DNA of 64,000 bases. Origin: Octopus sinensis. Taxonomy: Eukaryota. Both the position numbers and the translations under genes were made by a program. A model generated the notes under the pieces. That model was not told the DNA's origin. It saw only the letters and a program-made list of their open reading frames with translations, and ran no database searches. Positions 25,711-37,419 of this stretch are shown one piece after another (the stretch's first letter is position 1; every line of letters starts with the position of its first letter). The DNA lies in the NCBI RefSeq assembly GCF_006345805.1, contig NC_042999.1, forward strand, positions 137,392,001-137,456,000, in the 5' to 3' direction.

Positions 25711-27080
25711 CATCATCATCATTTAACATCCGCTTTTTCATGCTAGCATGGGTTGGACGATTTGACTGAGATCTGGCAAACCAGATGCCTGCACCAGGCT
25801 CCAATCGAATCTGGCAGAGTTTCTACAGCAGCTGGATGCCCTTCCTAATGCCAACCACTCCGAGAGTGTAGTGGGTGCTTTTACATACCACCGGCATGAG
25901 GGCCAGTCAGGCGGTACTGGCAACAGCCACGCTCAAATGGTGCTTTTTAGGTGCCACCTGCACAGGAACCAGTCCAGCAGCAATGGCAATGACCTAGCTC
26001 GAATGCTTTTTCACATGCCACCAGCACAAGTGCCAGTAAGGCGACGCAGGTAACGATCACATATGAATGGTGCTTTTTACATGCCACCAGCACGGAAGCC
26101 AGTTTGTTGCTCTTGCAACGATCACGCTTAGTGCTCCACTAACACGGTTGCCAGTCATCGAATTTGATTTTGATTTTGATTTCACTTGCCTCAACAGGTC
26201 TTCACAAGCAGAGTTGAGTGTTCAATGAAGGAAAGGTACGCATAAGTAGGCTGGTTACACGCCTGGCATAGGCCATGCGGTTATGGTCTCACTTGGCTTG
26301 CCGAATCTTCTCAAGCACAGCATATTTCCAAAGGTCCCGGTCACTAGTCATTGCCTCAGTGAGGCCTAATGTTCATAGGTCATGCTTCACCACCTCATCC
26401 CAGGTCTTCCTGGGTCAACCTCTTCCACAGGTTCCCTCAAACACTAGGGTGTGGCACTTTTTCCCACAGCTATCTACATCCATTCTTGCCACATGGCCAT
26501 ACCAGCGCAGTCGTCTCTTTTGCATGCCACATCTGATGCTTCTTATGTCCAACTTTTCTCTCAAGGTACTTACACTCTGTCGAATATGCACACTGACATT
26601 ACACATCCATCAGAGCATACCGGCTTCATTCCTTGCGAGCTTACGCATGTCCTCAACAGTCACGGCCCATGTTTCACTGCCATGTAGCATGGCTGTTCAT
26701 ACACATGCGTCATACAGTCTACCTTTTACTCTGAGCAAGAGGCCTTTTTTCACCAGCAGAGGTAAGAGCTCTCTGAACTTTGTCCAGGTTATTCTTATTC
26801 TAGCAGCTACACTTTCAGCGCATCCTCCCCCTGCTACTGACTTGATCACCTAGGTAACAGAAGCTATCAACTACTTCTAGTTTTACTCCCTGGAATGTGG
26901 TGGAAGTTGTTCTCTGCACATTTTCAGTGTTTATTGCTCATGAGCATCTGCCACATACAAAAACTATCTTCCCACTTAGCCTTCCTTTGATATTGCTGCA
27001 CTTCTTATGTGTCCATAGCTTATAGAGTTTCTACCTACGCCTTTTCTACAGATTGAGCAGGGCCAACTACCTGAAGGGGT
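25711..27080 (-). mobile_element. RTE LINE 3' portion (ORF end, 3' UTR, (GAT)n tail)
   Basis: Minus strand encodes CSICRKGVGRNSI...WTHKKCSNIKGRL, GLSLRVKGRLYDACV and RRLRWYGHVARM...GTCGRG; tail catcatcatc at 25711. Confidence 0.9.
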
Positions 27081-27724
27081 TTGTGGTTTATTATTATTAG
27101 TTAATTAGTTAATATTTAACTAATTAACTGATTGTTTTATTAACTATTCAATCAATCAACCAATCAGCTAGGTTTGTCAAAGTCGTTTCCATCACCATTC
27201 ATGGCCGCATCAATAACATGCCCTCTCCACTCCAAGTCTGATTCATGTCTATCAGCTTGTCTATTTTAGTTACTATATTATGATTAATTATTATATTAAT
27301 ATATTAATACAACCAGCAATGAGTGTGTATTGATTGCGTACATATGACATTGAAATTGTGTTATATTGGTTTTAGATAATATTTTGTAACGAAAGTTTTA
27401 TCTTTTATAAAGTCTGAGAAAATCAGTGATTTCCTAATGGTTATTACCAATATATTCCAAATATTTTGAACTAGAATTCTCAATATTTTCTTTTGAATGC
27501 TTGTAATTGTTCGTGAGCAAGAGTTTACTGGATGTTGAACTAAACAAAAGCAAAAACAAAAACTACTACTGCTGCTGTGAATTGTAACTGGAATCAATGT
27601 TTCTCTTTTTTTAACCCAACAAATTTGAGCATGAAGAGTTATGTACCCTGGTACAGCTGCTAAAAAATTTGAACCAATTTTCTATAGCAGCCTATCTTAT
27701 GGTAAAGATTACCATTTTTTCGTT

Positions 27725-28897
27725 ACTACTCTAAGCACAAGGCCTGATATTTTGGGGGAGGGGGCCAGTCGATTAGATCGACCCCAGTATGCAACTAGAA
27801 CTTAAATTATCGACCCCGAAAGAATGAAAGGCAAAGTCGACCTCGGCGGAATTTGAACTCAGAACATAAAGACAGACAAAATACCTATTTCTTTACTGCC
27901 CACAAGGGGCTACACAAAGAGGGGACAAACAAGGACAGACAAACGGATTAAATCGATTATATAGACCTCAGCGCGTAACTGGTACTTATTTAATCAACCC
28001 CGAAAAGATGAAAGGTAAAGTCGACCTCGGCGGAATTTGAACTCAGAACGTAACGGCAGACGAAATACCTATTCCTTTATTGCCTACAAGGGGCTAAACA
28101 TAGAGGGGACAAACAAGGACAGACAAACGGATTAAGTCGATTACATCGACTCCAGTGCGTAACTGGTACTTAATTTATCGACCCCGAAAGGATGAAAGGC
28201 AAAGTCGACCTCGGCGGAATTTGAACTCAGAACGTAGCGGCAGACGAAATACCGCTAAGCATATCGCCCGGCGTGCAAATGTTTCTGCCAGCTCGCCGCC
28301 TTAAACCATTTATTGTTTTCTGCTCTAGACACAAGACCCGAAATTTTGGGGGAAGGGGCCAGTCGATTAGATTGACCCCAGTACGCAACTGGTATTTAAT
28401 TTATCGACCCCGAAAGGATGAAAGGCAAAGTCGACCTCGGCGGAATTTGAACTCAGAACATAAAGACAGACGAAATATATATTTCTTTACTACCCACAAG
28501 GGACCAAACAAGGACAAACAAACGGATTAAGTCGATTATATCGACCCCAGTGCGTAACTGGTACTTATTTAATCGACCCCGAAAGGATGAAAGGCAAAGT
28601 CGACCTCGGCGGAATTTGAACTCAGAACTCAGAACTAAGCATTTCGCCCGACATGCTAACGTTTCTTATTTCTTTACTGTCCACAAGGGGCTACACACAG
28701 AGGGGAAAAACAAGGACAGACAAACGGATTAAGTCGATTATATCGATTCCTGTGCGTAACTGGTACTAATTTAATCGACCCCGAAAAGATGAAAGGTAAA
28801 GTCGACTTCGGCGGAATTTGAACTCAGAACATAAAAACAGACGAAATATCGCTAAGCATTTAGCACGGCATGCTAACGCTTCTACCAGCTCGCTGCC
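27725..28897 (-). mobile_element. two head-to-tail family B SINEs, each with about 3 internal 170-225 bp repeats
   Basis: The cgaccccgaaaggatgaaaggcaaagtcgacctcggcggaatttgaactcagaac unit occurs 6 times (about 27811, 27996, 28179, 28405, 28574, 28776); heads end at about 28302 and 28897. Confidence 0.88.
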
Positions 28898-28955
28898 TTA
28901 AACCATTTATTGAAATAAGAACAGTACACCTTGTACTATAGGTTGCTGTCTAAAA

Positions 28956-31900
28956 TTTCAAAATTTGACCAATGAGAGAGGCTTGAAGATACATCAGGGA
29001 AAGACTTGTGAGAAGAGGACAGAGCAGTGTGGATCGTCAGATCGTAAAACACGTGGCAAATCATCCCCGGACTCAAACCACACCGGATCGATAAATGCTA
29101 CAGCAGAGAACTCTTCACGTGATGAAACTACAAGTCATGAAACTGGTGCATCGGATAATACTCAGAGGAAACCGAGGGTTTTGTGGCCTGCTGCTAATGA
29201 GAAAGTGAAATATAAAGAGTTTGAAAATAAGGTTTGTCGGGCTCTTTATAAAATGACAGGCTCTACAATGGAGAAACTGGGAAAATTATCAAGCTCAATA
29301 TACGATATAGGAAAAGATTTATTTGGAATAAAAGAGAATATCCGACTAGAGAAAGGAAAGTGTGGACCAAGCAGGAGGATCAGAAAAATGCAGCAGTCGA
29401 GGAAGGAAAAGTCCGACTTAAGAAAGCGATAGAGATGTGCTGCACTAGATGAGAAACCTGGCCTTGCGTTGCTGTATAACGATTTGAAGAGGAAATGTCG
29501 TTATGTGCAACGACATATCCGCCGATATGAGTGTCGAAAGGAGAGTAAAAGGACTCGTGGACAGTTTCTGAAGGACCTGTACGGGTTTACTAAGAAGCTG
29601 TTCACTGAACCGAAGAGTGGTACTTTATCGTGCACTAAAGAAGAATTGGATGCTCATATCAAGGAAACCTACAGCGATCCGCACCTTAACCAGCCGCTGC
29701 CACCTCTACATGGGTTAAATCATCTCTCAGGACCTGATATCGAATTCCAGATTGGGGACATCAGGGAGAGAGAGGTGAATGACTTCGTAAGAAAAGCTAG
29801 AGCAAAGAGTGCCCCAGGAGGTGATGGCGTCTCATATAAAGTTTACAAGTACTGCAATCGTCTGCGAAAGAAGCTCTTCGTCCTAATCCGACAACTGTGG
29901 TGCGAGGAGACTATAGTAGAGGATTGGTGTAAGGCAGAAGAAAGAAGCCAATGCAAAGACCATAAAACAGTTTAGGCCGATATCCTTATTGAATGTGGAA
30001 GGCAAGATCTTTATGGGAATTCTGTCGAGGAGAACAGTGGCATATTTACAGAGTAACGGATATGTTGATGAATCTGTTCAAAAGGCCGGAATCTCCGGGA
30101 TCCCTGGATGCGTTGAACACTGTTTTTCGATTTGGAAAGCGATCCAGGATGCCAAACAGAACAAGAAAAGTCTGAACGTGGTATGGCTCGACCTAGCTAA
30201 CGCGTATGGTTCAGTGCCACACAAATTACTAATAACAGCCATGGACCACTTCCACATTCCTGACAAAGTGATCAAAATAATGAGGATGTACTATGACAGT
30301 TTCGAAATGAGGTTTACAACTGGAAATTTTACAACAAATTGGCACCGATTGGAGGTTGGCATTGCTGCTGGCTGTACAATATCTGTCACGTGGTTTATCT
30401 TAGTCATGGAGTTGATTTTGAAAGGTGTTGATTTTTCGGAACAAATCGCCCATGTACAATCGCCTAAGAAAGCCTTCATGGATGACGTGACACTTCTAGC
30501 TACAGATAAACAAATCATGCAGAATGCCCTCTTGAGATTAGTCGAACTTGTGAGGTGGTCAAGAATGCGATTTAGAGCAAAAAAGTCGCGTAGTCTGACA
30601 TTTGTTAAGGGAGTGCAGAAAGAATTTAAATTTCGAATATCTGAAGAAAGCATTCCAACAGTCAAGGAAGAGCCCGTCAAGAGCTTGGGACGAGTATACG
30701 CTGGAACATTGTCAGGCAGAAGTCGTGGGATTGAAATTATGAAACAGGCCGAGGCGGGGTTATCAGCGATTGTTGTTTCGAAGTTACCAGGTAAATATAA
30801 AATTTGGTGCTTGCAGTTCGGCTTGTACCCGCGACTTGCGTGGCCACTTTTAATATACGAGGTAGCATTGTGACGAGTTGAAAAGATTGAACAAAAATGT
30901 AATGTGTTCATTAGAAAGTGGCCTCGTATGTTGAACAGCTCAGCTCTTTATCGTAAAAGAGGTTCGTTGCAGTTACCAATAGCATCAATAGTCGAAATAT
31001 ATAAGTTGTGGAAGATACGGACGGTCTTGATGCTGAGAGAATCGAAGGATATGGAAATCAGGCGTAACCCACCAGAGGTGAAAACAGCCAGGAAGTGGAA
31101 AGCAGAAGCAGAAACTGACAACATCTTGTCTTCTCTTATACACAGAGATATGGTGGGAGCAACGCAGAACCATCGGAAAGGATTTGGTTTTGGCGCAGAT
31201 CAGTTCAGACCGTTTGCAAGCATGATGCTGTGTGAACGCAGATCTGTTGTTAGCAACAGCGTCAAAACAAGAGAAGCAGAGAGAAAAGAGCTTCATTTGA
31301 TCCGATGTGTTCATCAAGGTCAGATGACGAGATGGGAAGAACATGTAGTTGAGAGGAAGATAAGTTGGGATGAGATGTGGAAGTGGACGACATCTCGGCT
31401 GAGTTTCCTGATTCGTTCATCTTATGATGTTTTGCCATCACCTACGAATCTAGTAAGATGGAACGTCTTAGAGAATGACATCTGCAAATGTGGAAAGGTC
31501 GGTACACTAAAACATATTCTTTCCAACTGTTCATTAGCATTGAACAGGTACACATGGAGGCACAACTTGGTCCTTAAGGTTATCTTCAATGCTATAAAGA
31601 ACCAAATTCATCTCAACATCACTGAGGAAAACTCGTTAAAAGTACCATCAAGAGAGTTCATTACCTTCGTACGACCAGGTCAGCAGATCCGTTTCAAGAA
31701 GAAGACCAAGAAACTTCCTGAGAAAAATGAAAAGTGGAACGGCTATTGGGAGGTAACTGCAGATTTACCTGGGTGCCAGGTTTTCTTTCCCATCCCAGTT
31801 TCGAAAAAACCAGATATTTTGATGTGGTGTGAAAGAAAGAAAGTTGTAAATATAGTCGAGCTAACGGTTCCTCACGAAGATAATATGGACGCCGCTCGAG

Positions 31901-32370
31901 CTCGAAAATTAAACCGTTATGAAAACCTCCTCGAGGAATGTGTAGACGCAGGCTGGAAAGCGGAACATTTTCCTATCGAAGTCGGATGTAGAGGGTTTGT
32001 AGGACACAGCGTGAGACGACTGTTGTTATCGTTAGGCCTAACTCATCGTAAAGTCAATACCATCATGACTGATATCCAATCTACAGTGGAGAAGGCTAGC
32101 CACTGGATTTGGTTAAAAAGAGACGATGAGCGATGGCTAGAAGTATATTGAGTTCTTCACAACCAGCTGATCTAGCAAGCGGGGCCTCATATCAGTGAGG
32201 GAGGCCGGTGCGCATTGATGCCGTCGAGAGGTAGGCCCCGAAACGGCGCGCATTCTCTCCTGATGACCCCATACACTTGCTAGCTTCCGATATACGGAGC
32301 TTTTAACTGGTAGCACTTGCATGTGCAAGTTGTTTGCAAGACAAGACGAGTGAACTGGATCCTGGCATTA
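28956..32370 (+). mobile_element. HERO/NeSL-clade non-LTR retrotransposon (RT + CCHC + restriction-like endonuclease), probably 5'-truncated
   Basis: Single ORF2-like frame: N-terminal TNERGLKIHQGKTC, RT motifs KSAPGGDG, QFRPISLLNVEGK, WLDLANAYGSVPH, GIAAGCTIS, AFMDD; CKCGKVGTLKHILSNC knuckle; RHN, KPDI, ELTVP, PIEVGCRGF. The 3' boundary is approximate. Confidence 0.95.
28965..32151 (+). pseudogene. disrupted HERO polyprotein ORF (about 1060 codons)
   Basis: In-frame stops at 29430-29432 (likely TGG>TAG) and 30871-30873 (likely TCA>TGA), one frameshifting deletion near 29940 that removes the GVFIP-like motif, and a probable in-frame loss at RKW^PR. Confidence 0.9.
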
Positions 32371-32759
32371 TCATCCAGCTGATAATACTTTTGTGAATGA
32401 TTAACTGTATGCTCAACTGGAACCAAAACAGAAATTCCTTTGGCTACACTGATGATTAAGTATCTCCATCAGAACATACTAGAACAAATATCTAACGTAT
32501 CTATTTCATTAGTTAATAGTTTTGATAAAACATGAAGAAAAAAAATTGTACTACGCAAACAGAGGATAAGGGAAATAACTCTTGGCAACTTCATATAAAA
32601 TGTGTTTATGACTGGAGAGGGATGAATGGTATTTTGCTACATACTATCAGTAGTTTCATATGACTGCTTTATTTTTTATTTATAATTATATGTTACTAAC
32701 CCCTCATGTTCAGAGGGTCGTTCAAGATAATTGGAGATTTATAAAAAATAAAAATTAAT

Positions 32760-33738
32760 CTCCCTCCACAAAACTAATCTCAAAAAGTCTTCTTGTGAAC
32801 GTGACCTGGACATTATTTTCGACAGAGATTTGCGTTGGACAAAACACATAACTAAAATTGCCAAGAAGGCTGAGGGTGTCTTGGCATCACTCACCAAGCC
32901 CTTTGTGAGCCGCTCTCCGGCTATCTATCTGAGGCTTTATATAGCTATCGTGCGGCCTCACCTGGAATTTGTATCACCGGTCTGGAACCCCTATCTTGCC
33001 GAGGATATTAATCGTCTGGAAACCGTTCAGTGACGTGCAACCAAGAGAATACCCTCCATCAGGCATTTGCCATATTTTGAACGCCTTACTTCCCTGGGCA
33101 CGGACACATTGAAACTCCGACGTTAGGCAGCTGACTTGACAGATACCCATAAAATAACTGGAAGATGCGGCCGCAACCGTTGCAGTACGAGTGTGTGTCC
33201 GTCCGTGTGTTACAAACAATAACTCTGAGCATCTTTTCACACTCCACCTATCTAACACCCGTGGACATGTTTACAAAGTCAGAAAACAGCACAACTCCGA
33301 TGACTTTCGGAAACATTTTTTTCACGCTAAGAGTTTGCTGAAGCATGGAACAAACATCTTACAAACAATAACTCTGAGCACCTTTTCAAACTCCACCTGT
33401 CTAACACTCGTGGACATGTTTACAAAGTCAGAAAACAGCACAGCTCCCATGACTTTCGGAAACATTTTTTCATGCTAAGAGTTGCTGAAGTATGGAACAA
33501 ACTGCCGGCATCAGCTGTTAGTTGTCTGAGAACTGCATCCTTCAAAAGTTCTATGCTTCCAGAGATTCGCCAACACTACACCTGATTTTCTCTCCTCCAT
33601 ACACACGCAAGCATGTATCTTTGACTCATACACTGTTCACTTTCCAGACATTTGTACATTACTGCATATGTTTTATAAGCACTTTTGACAAGTTGTGGTG
33701 CACCTGAGCACTGTATAGAATAATTTCATTATTATTAT
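32760..33738 (+). mobile_element. CR1/L2-like LINE 3' fragment with (ATT)n tail
   Basis: CERDLDII, IVRPHLEFVSPVWNPYLAEDINRLETVQ, TRGHVYKV; tail atttcattattattat. Confidence 0.9.
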
Positions 33739-36700
33739 ATATGCTTCGTCTACTGAAGGCTAGGAATTTATGGAGACAGTTGTCAAAAATAAGAAGTTCC
33801 TACTGACTATACTTTATGACTATTATATCATTATATCGTTTTCTACTGTATCCAGACCAGAGCATGCTACTTCAAGAGGTGACTTGAGACAAGACTGAGA
33901 TATCAATCCAGTTTTGGTAAGTAATGCTCTTTATATGATGTACCAAAAAAAAATATATGCATAGGTATTTATTTCTTTTGATGTGGTGCAGGACCCAAAC
34001 TTTTTTCTAATGTAATAGGATATTATTGATCTGCATTGGATATAGTATTAGCCAACCAAATTTCAGTTCAAAATTACTTCAGTAATTTTGTTGTCTGCTT
34101 GAGCACTAAATATTAATTCTATTTTGCTTTTAGTTTGCCTAACTGTTAGAAATATGTGCCAAATGTAATATTCCTTGAGATAGAACCAATGTCCTTTGTA
34201 TCCATAAGGAAATTCCTCTATCACCTACTTGACACAAACATAACAAATCTAATCACTACCCATTCCTTAAATGATTCTTTGGTTTAGCAATTAAATAAAA
34301 TGTAAATATATATGATTGGTTCTTTGTTTTATCAGTTTCAGAGAGATAGAAAGCAAAGTGAGTCTTAAAACATTTTAGTTCAGGATAGAGTGGTAACAAA
34401 ATATATACTAAAGAAGCTAAAATGGTACCGAAACCTGAATGATTTACAGAGCTTTATATAGTGTTAGATAAGAAATAAATACTCCTTTGGTGAGGACACC
34501 AGTTTATTTCAGCCAACATTCTGAGGCAATCTGGTGCCTATTCTTCAAAAGCTATCTGGAGTGAACACTGTAATGTCTACAGTAATATTTAACTTAAAAT
34601 CTATAAGCTGGCATGCAGTATTAACTCACTCAGCCATTTTCTGATACAAAGTATTTAAATACATAGTGTAAAGCATTTTCTCAGTTCCTGTTCACCACTC
34701 TCACTAAATTATAGGTTGCTGTCTAAAAACTATAGTGTTATAAAATCAGTCAAACGTTGCAGTGTAGTAGTACATTCTCAGTAACACAATTTCAATCCCC
34801 ACTTGAAACTTTCATTTATATCCTTTTACTGAGGCATTGCCTTCAAGGATTTTAGTCAGTTATATAGTTTCCAGCACTTAGTCTGGTACCCATTTCTGTA
34901 ACTTTTTAAAATGGCTAAGTTTATCAGAGTTATATTCCTTTCAGAAATGTAAATAGTACAAGGTTTTTATACTAATACACACACACACACATGCATGCAA
35001 ATGACCTCTTCACAGTTTTCATCTACTACATTTAACATACATATTGTTCAGTCTGAATCCATGGTAGAGGACCTATGCTAAAGGTGTGTAATGAGATCAA
35101 ATCTTGAACCATATGATTACAGAAAAGTCTTCTTAACCACACAGCCATGGCGTTAGGAAGGGCATCCAGCCATGCCAAATCAGACAGGAGTGTGTGCAAC
35201 TCCTCAGCTTGCCAGCCCATTCCAGCATGGACAACAGACATTAAATGATTATGATGATGATATATATATGCATCTATGCCTGCATGCACATACACACAAC
35301 TTATGATCATTAATGTTCACTAACTGATGTTTACTAATGAACTTTTTTATAAGATAAATGCAATTGGGCAAAAGAGGCATCAGATTTGGGATGCAAGAAA
35401 AATTATTACACTTATATGATCATGTGATGTGAGTGGATGCAGGCAGCTTGATAAAAAAGTGCTGATTGTTGAAAATGGATGGAACTTGTGTGAAGAGGGA
35501 GACCCAGGAAGGCATGGGATAAAATAGTGTTGACCCTCCTAGTAGATATGATGAAAAACTAAGATGAATAGTGATATGCCATGCTTGACAAGACTTGTCG
35601 AGCCTTCTCCTACAGCTTATCTTCTAACACCCATTTCTCTATCAATCTTTTTACTGTGGTACTACTCACCCAGGTTCTGTAAATGATACCTTATCTTCCT
35701 ACATTTTACATCTATCTCTATAACAGTCCCTTATCATCTCTTTCTCCTCCTCCCTGACCCACTTTAATTTCTTTCACTTCCTATCCCCCAAACTGATATT
35801 CATTGTGTCCACATCAACCCCCATGTCTAATCACCTCTCCCACTCTCACCTATCAACCTACACTGTCTGTTCTTCTATACTTATTTTCTCTCACATATTC
35901 ACATTGTACTTTGAGAGTATGCCCTAAATCATTATCATCATATCTCTCTCTCTCTCTCTCTCTCTCTCAGTCATGTATTCTCCTCTTTGGCAAGACACCT
36001 GTTCTTGTCTCTCAATCATACTTTTACCTCCTTCTATACTATGCCTCTGTTGAAAGTGTTTTATCTTGTCAGTACTAGATGACCTCATGAGGGATGATGC
36101 TCCAAAAAAAAAAAATAGCATTCAGTACATTCTGTAAAGTGATTGGCATTAGGAAGGGCATCCAGATGTAGAAACCATGGAGCTTGGCTTGTCGGTTTCT
36201 GTCAAAATCTCTAACTTAAGACAGTATTATAAAAAGTCACATTAAACAATGATCATGGTATAACAGGTGGTCCGTAGCTGTAACCTTGTCTACTAATAAA
36301 AGTCATATTTCACTTCAGTTTCTAAATTAGATTTCATGAAATTAAACCTTAATTTCTTGAAATTACCTTCATTTTCTGTGAGTGTCACTGACAATTGCTG
36401 CTAGGTTTTGTTGTCTTTCTCAAACTAATGAGCAAATTTCAGTTAGCTGGGAAGTTTTTGTGTACAACGTTCAGTATCTGATTTGCATATGATAAAGTTA
36501 CTGGTCTACCTATGAAAGCACATGGTTCAAGGATTAGACTGAGGCTGTAAGTTCGATTCCTGAGCTGGGCTGTGTGTTGTGTTCTTGAACAAGACACTTT
36601 TATTTCCTGTTATTCCCAATCACTCAGCGGTAGGAACGAGTTTTGGTGTCACTTGTGCTAAGCTGTATTGGTCTTTACCTTTCCCTTGGATGATAGCAGT

Positions 36701-37338
36701 GGCATGGAGAGTGGGGAGACTGGTGTGCACGGACAACTGCTGGTCTTCTACAAAACAGCCTTACCCGGACTTGTGCCTCAGAGGGGGCTTTCTCGGTGCA
36801 ATCACCTGATTATTCATGACCAGAGGAAGGGTTTTAGCCTTTTTTTTTTTACTGATCTACCTGAGTTATTTCCCTTAGCTCATATTTTAAATTTTGAATG
36901 TAACAACTTATTTACCTTCCCTCTTCACCAAATTTCTTACAAAAAGTTAAATTCTGAAATGATTAAACTAGATACTGAGAATTAACAGTTTATAAGTCAT
37001 GGGTTCAATCCCAGAACAGGCCTTTCATTGTGTTTCTAGGCGGGGCAGTTTAGTTCTATATTCCCACACTTCAAGTGGGAAATAGCTGACTGCTTTTCTC
37101 TGGGAGGTCTGAGAAAGCATTTAACTGTCTACGTGAAATGAATGCAAAAGTATTAATACTTGTTCTTTACTATAAGAACTTAGTTTTTATTCATTATAGA
37201 TAGAGACAGTAAATGCCCAAATAATAAACTGTAAAAAAGACTAAATAAACTATATATATATATATAATATATAATAATAATATAATACAGGAAGCATGGA
37301 AGTTTTGAAGGATGCAGTGCTCCGACAACTAACAACTG

Positions 37339-37419
<81 letters not shown>

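Noticed and set aside
26275-26853. 192-aa plus-strand ORF
   Set aside because: Antisense shadow of the RTE coding sequence; the same applies to 30291-30911 and 30985-31344 against HERO.
27811-28897. Regularly spaced repeats as a CRISPR-like array
   Set aside because: Units are 170-225 bp SINE segments, the intervening sequences are homologous rather than unique spacers, and there are no cas genes in this eukaryotic context.
32205-32270. GAAAC and CTGATGA in the HERO 3' UTR as a hammerhead ribozyme
   Set aside because: Stem II cannot form (cccc on both sides) and there is no properly placed UH site.
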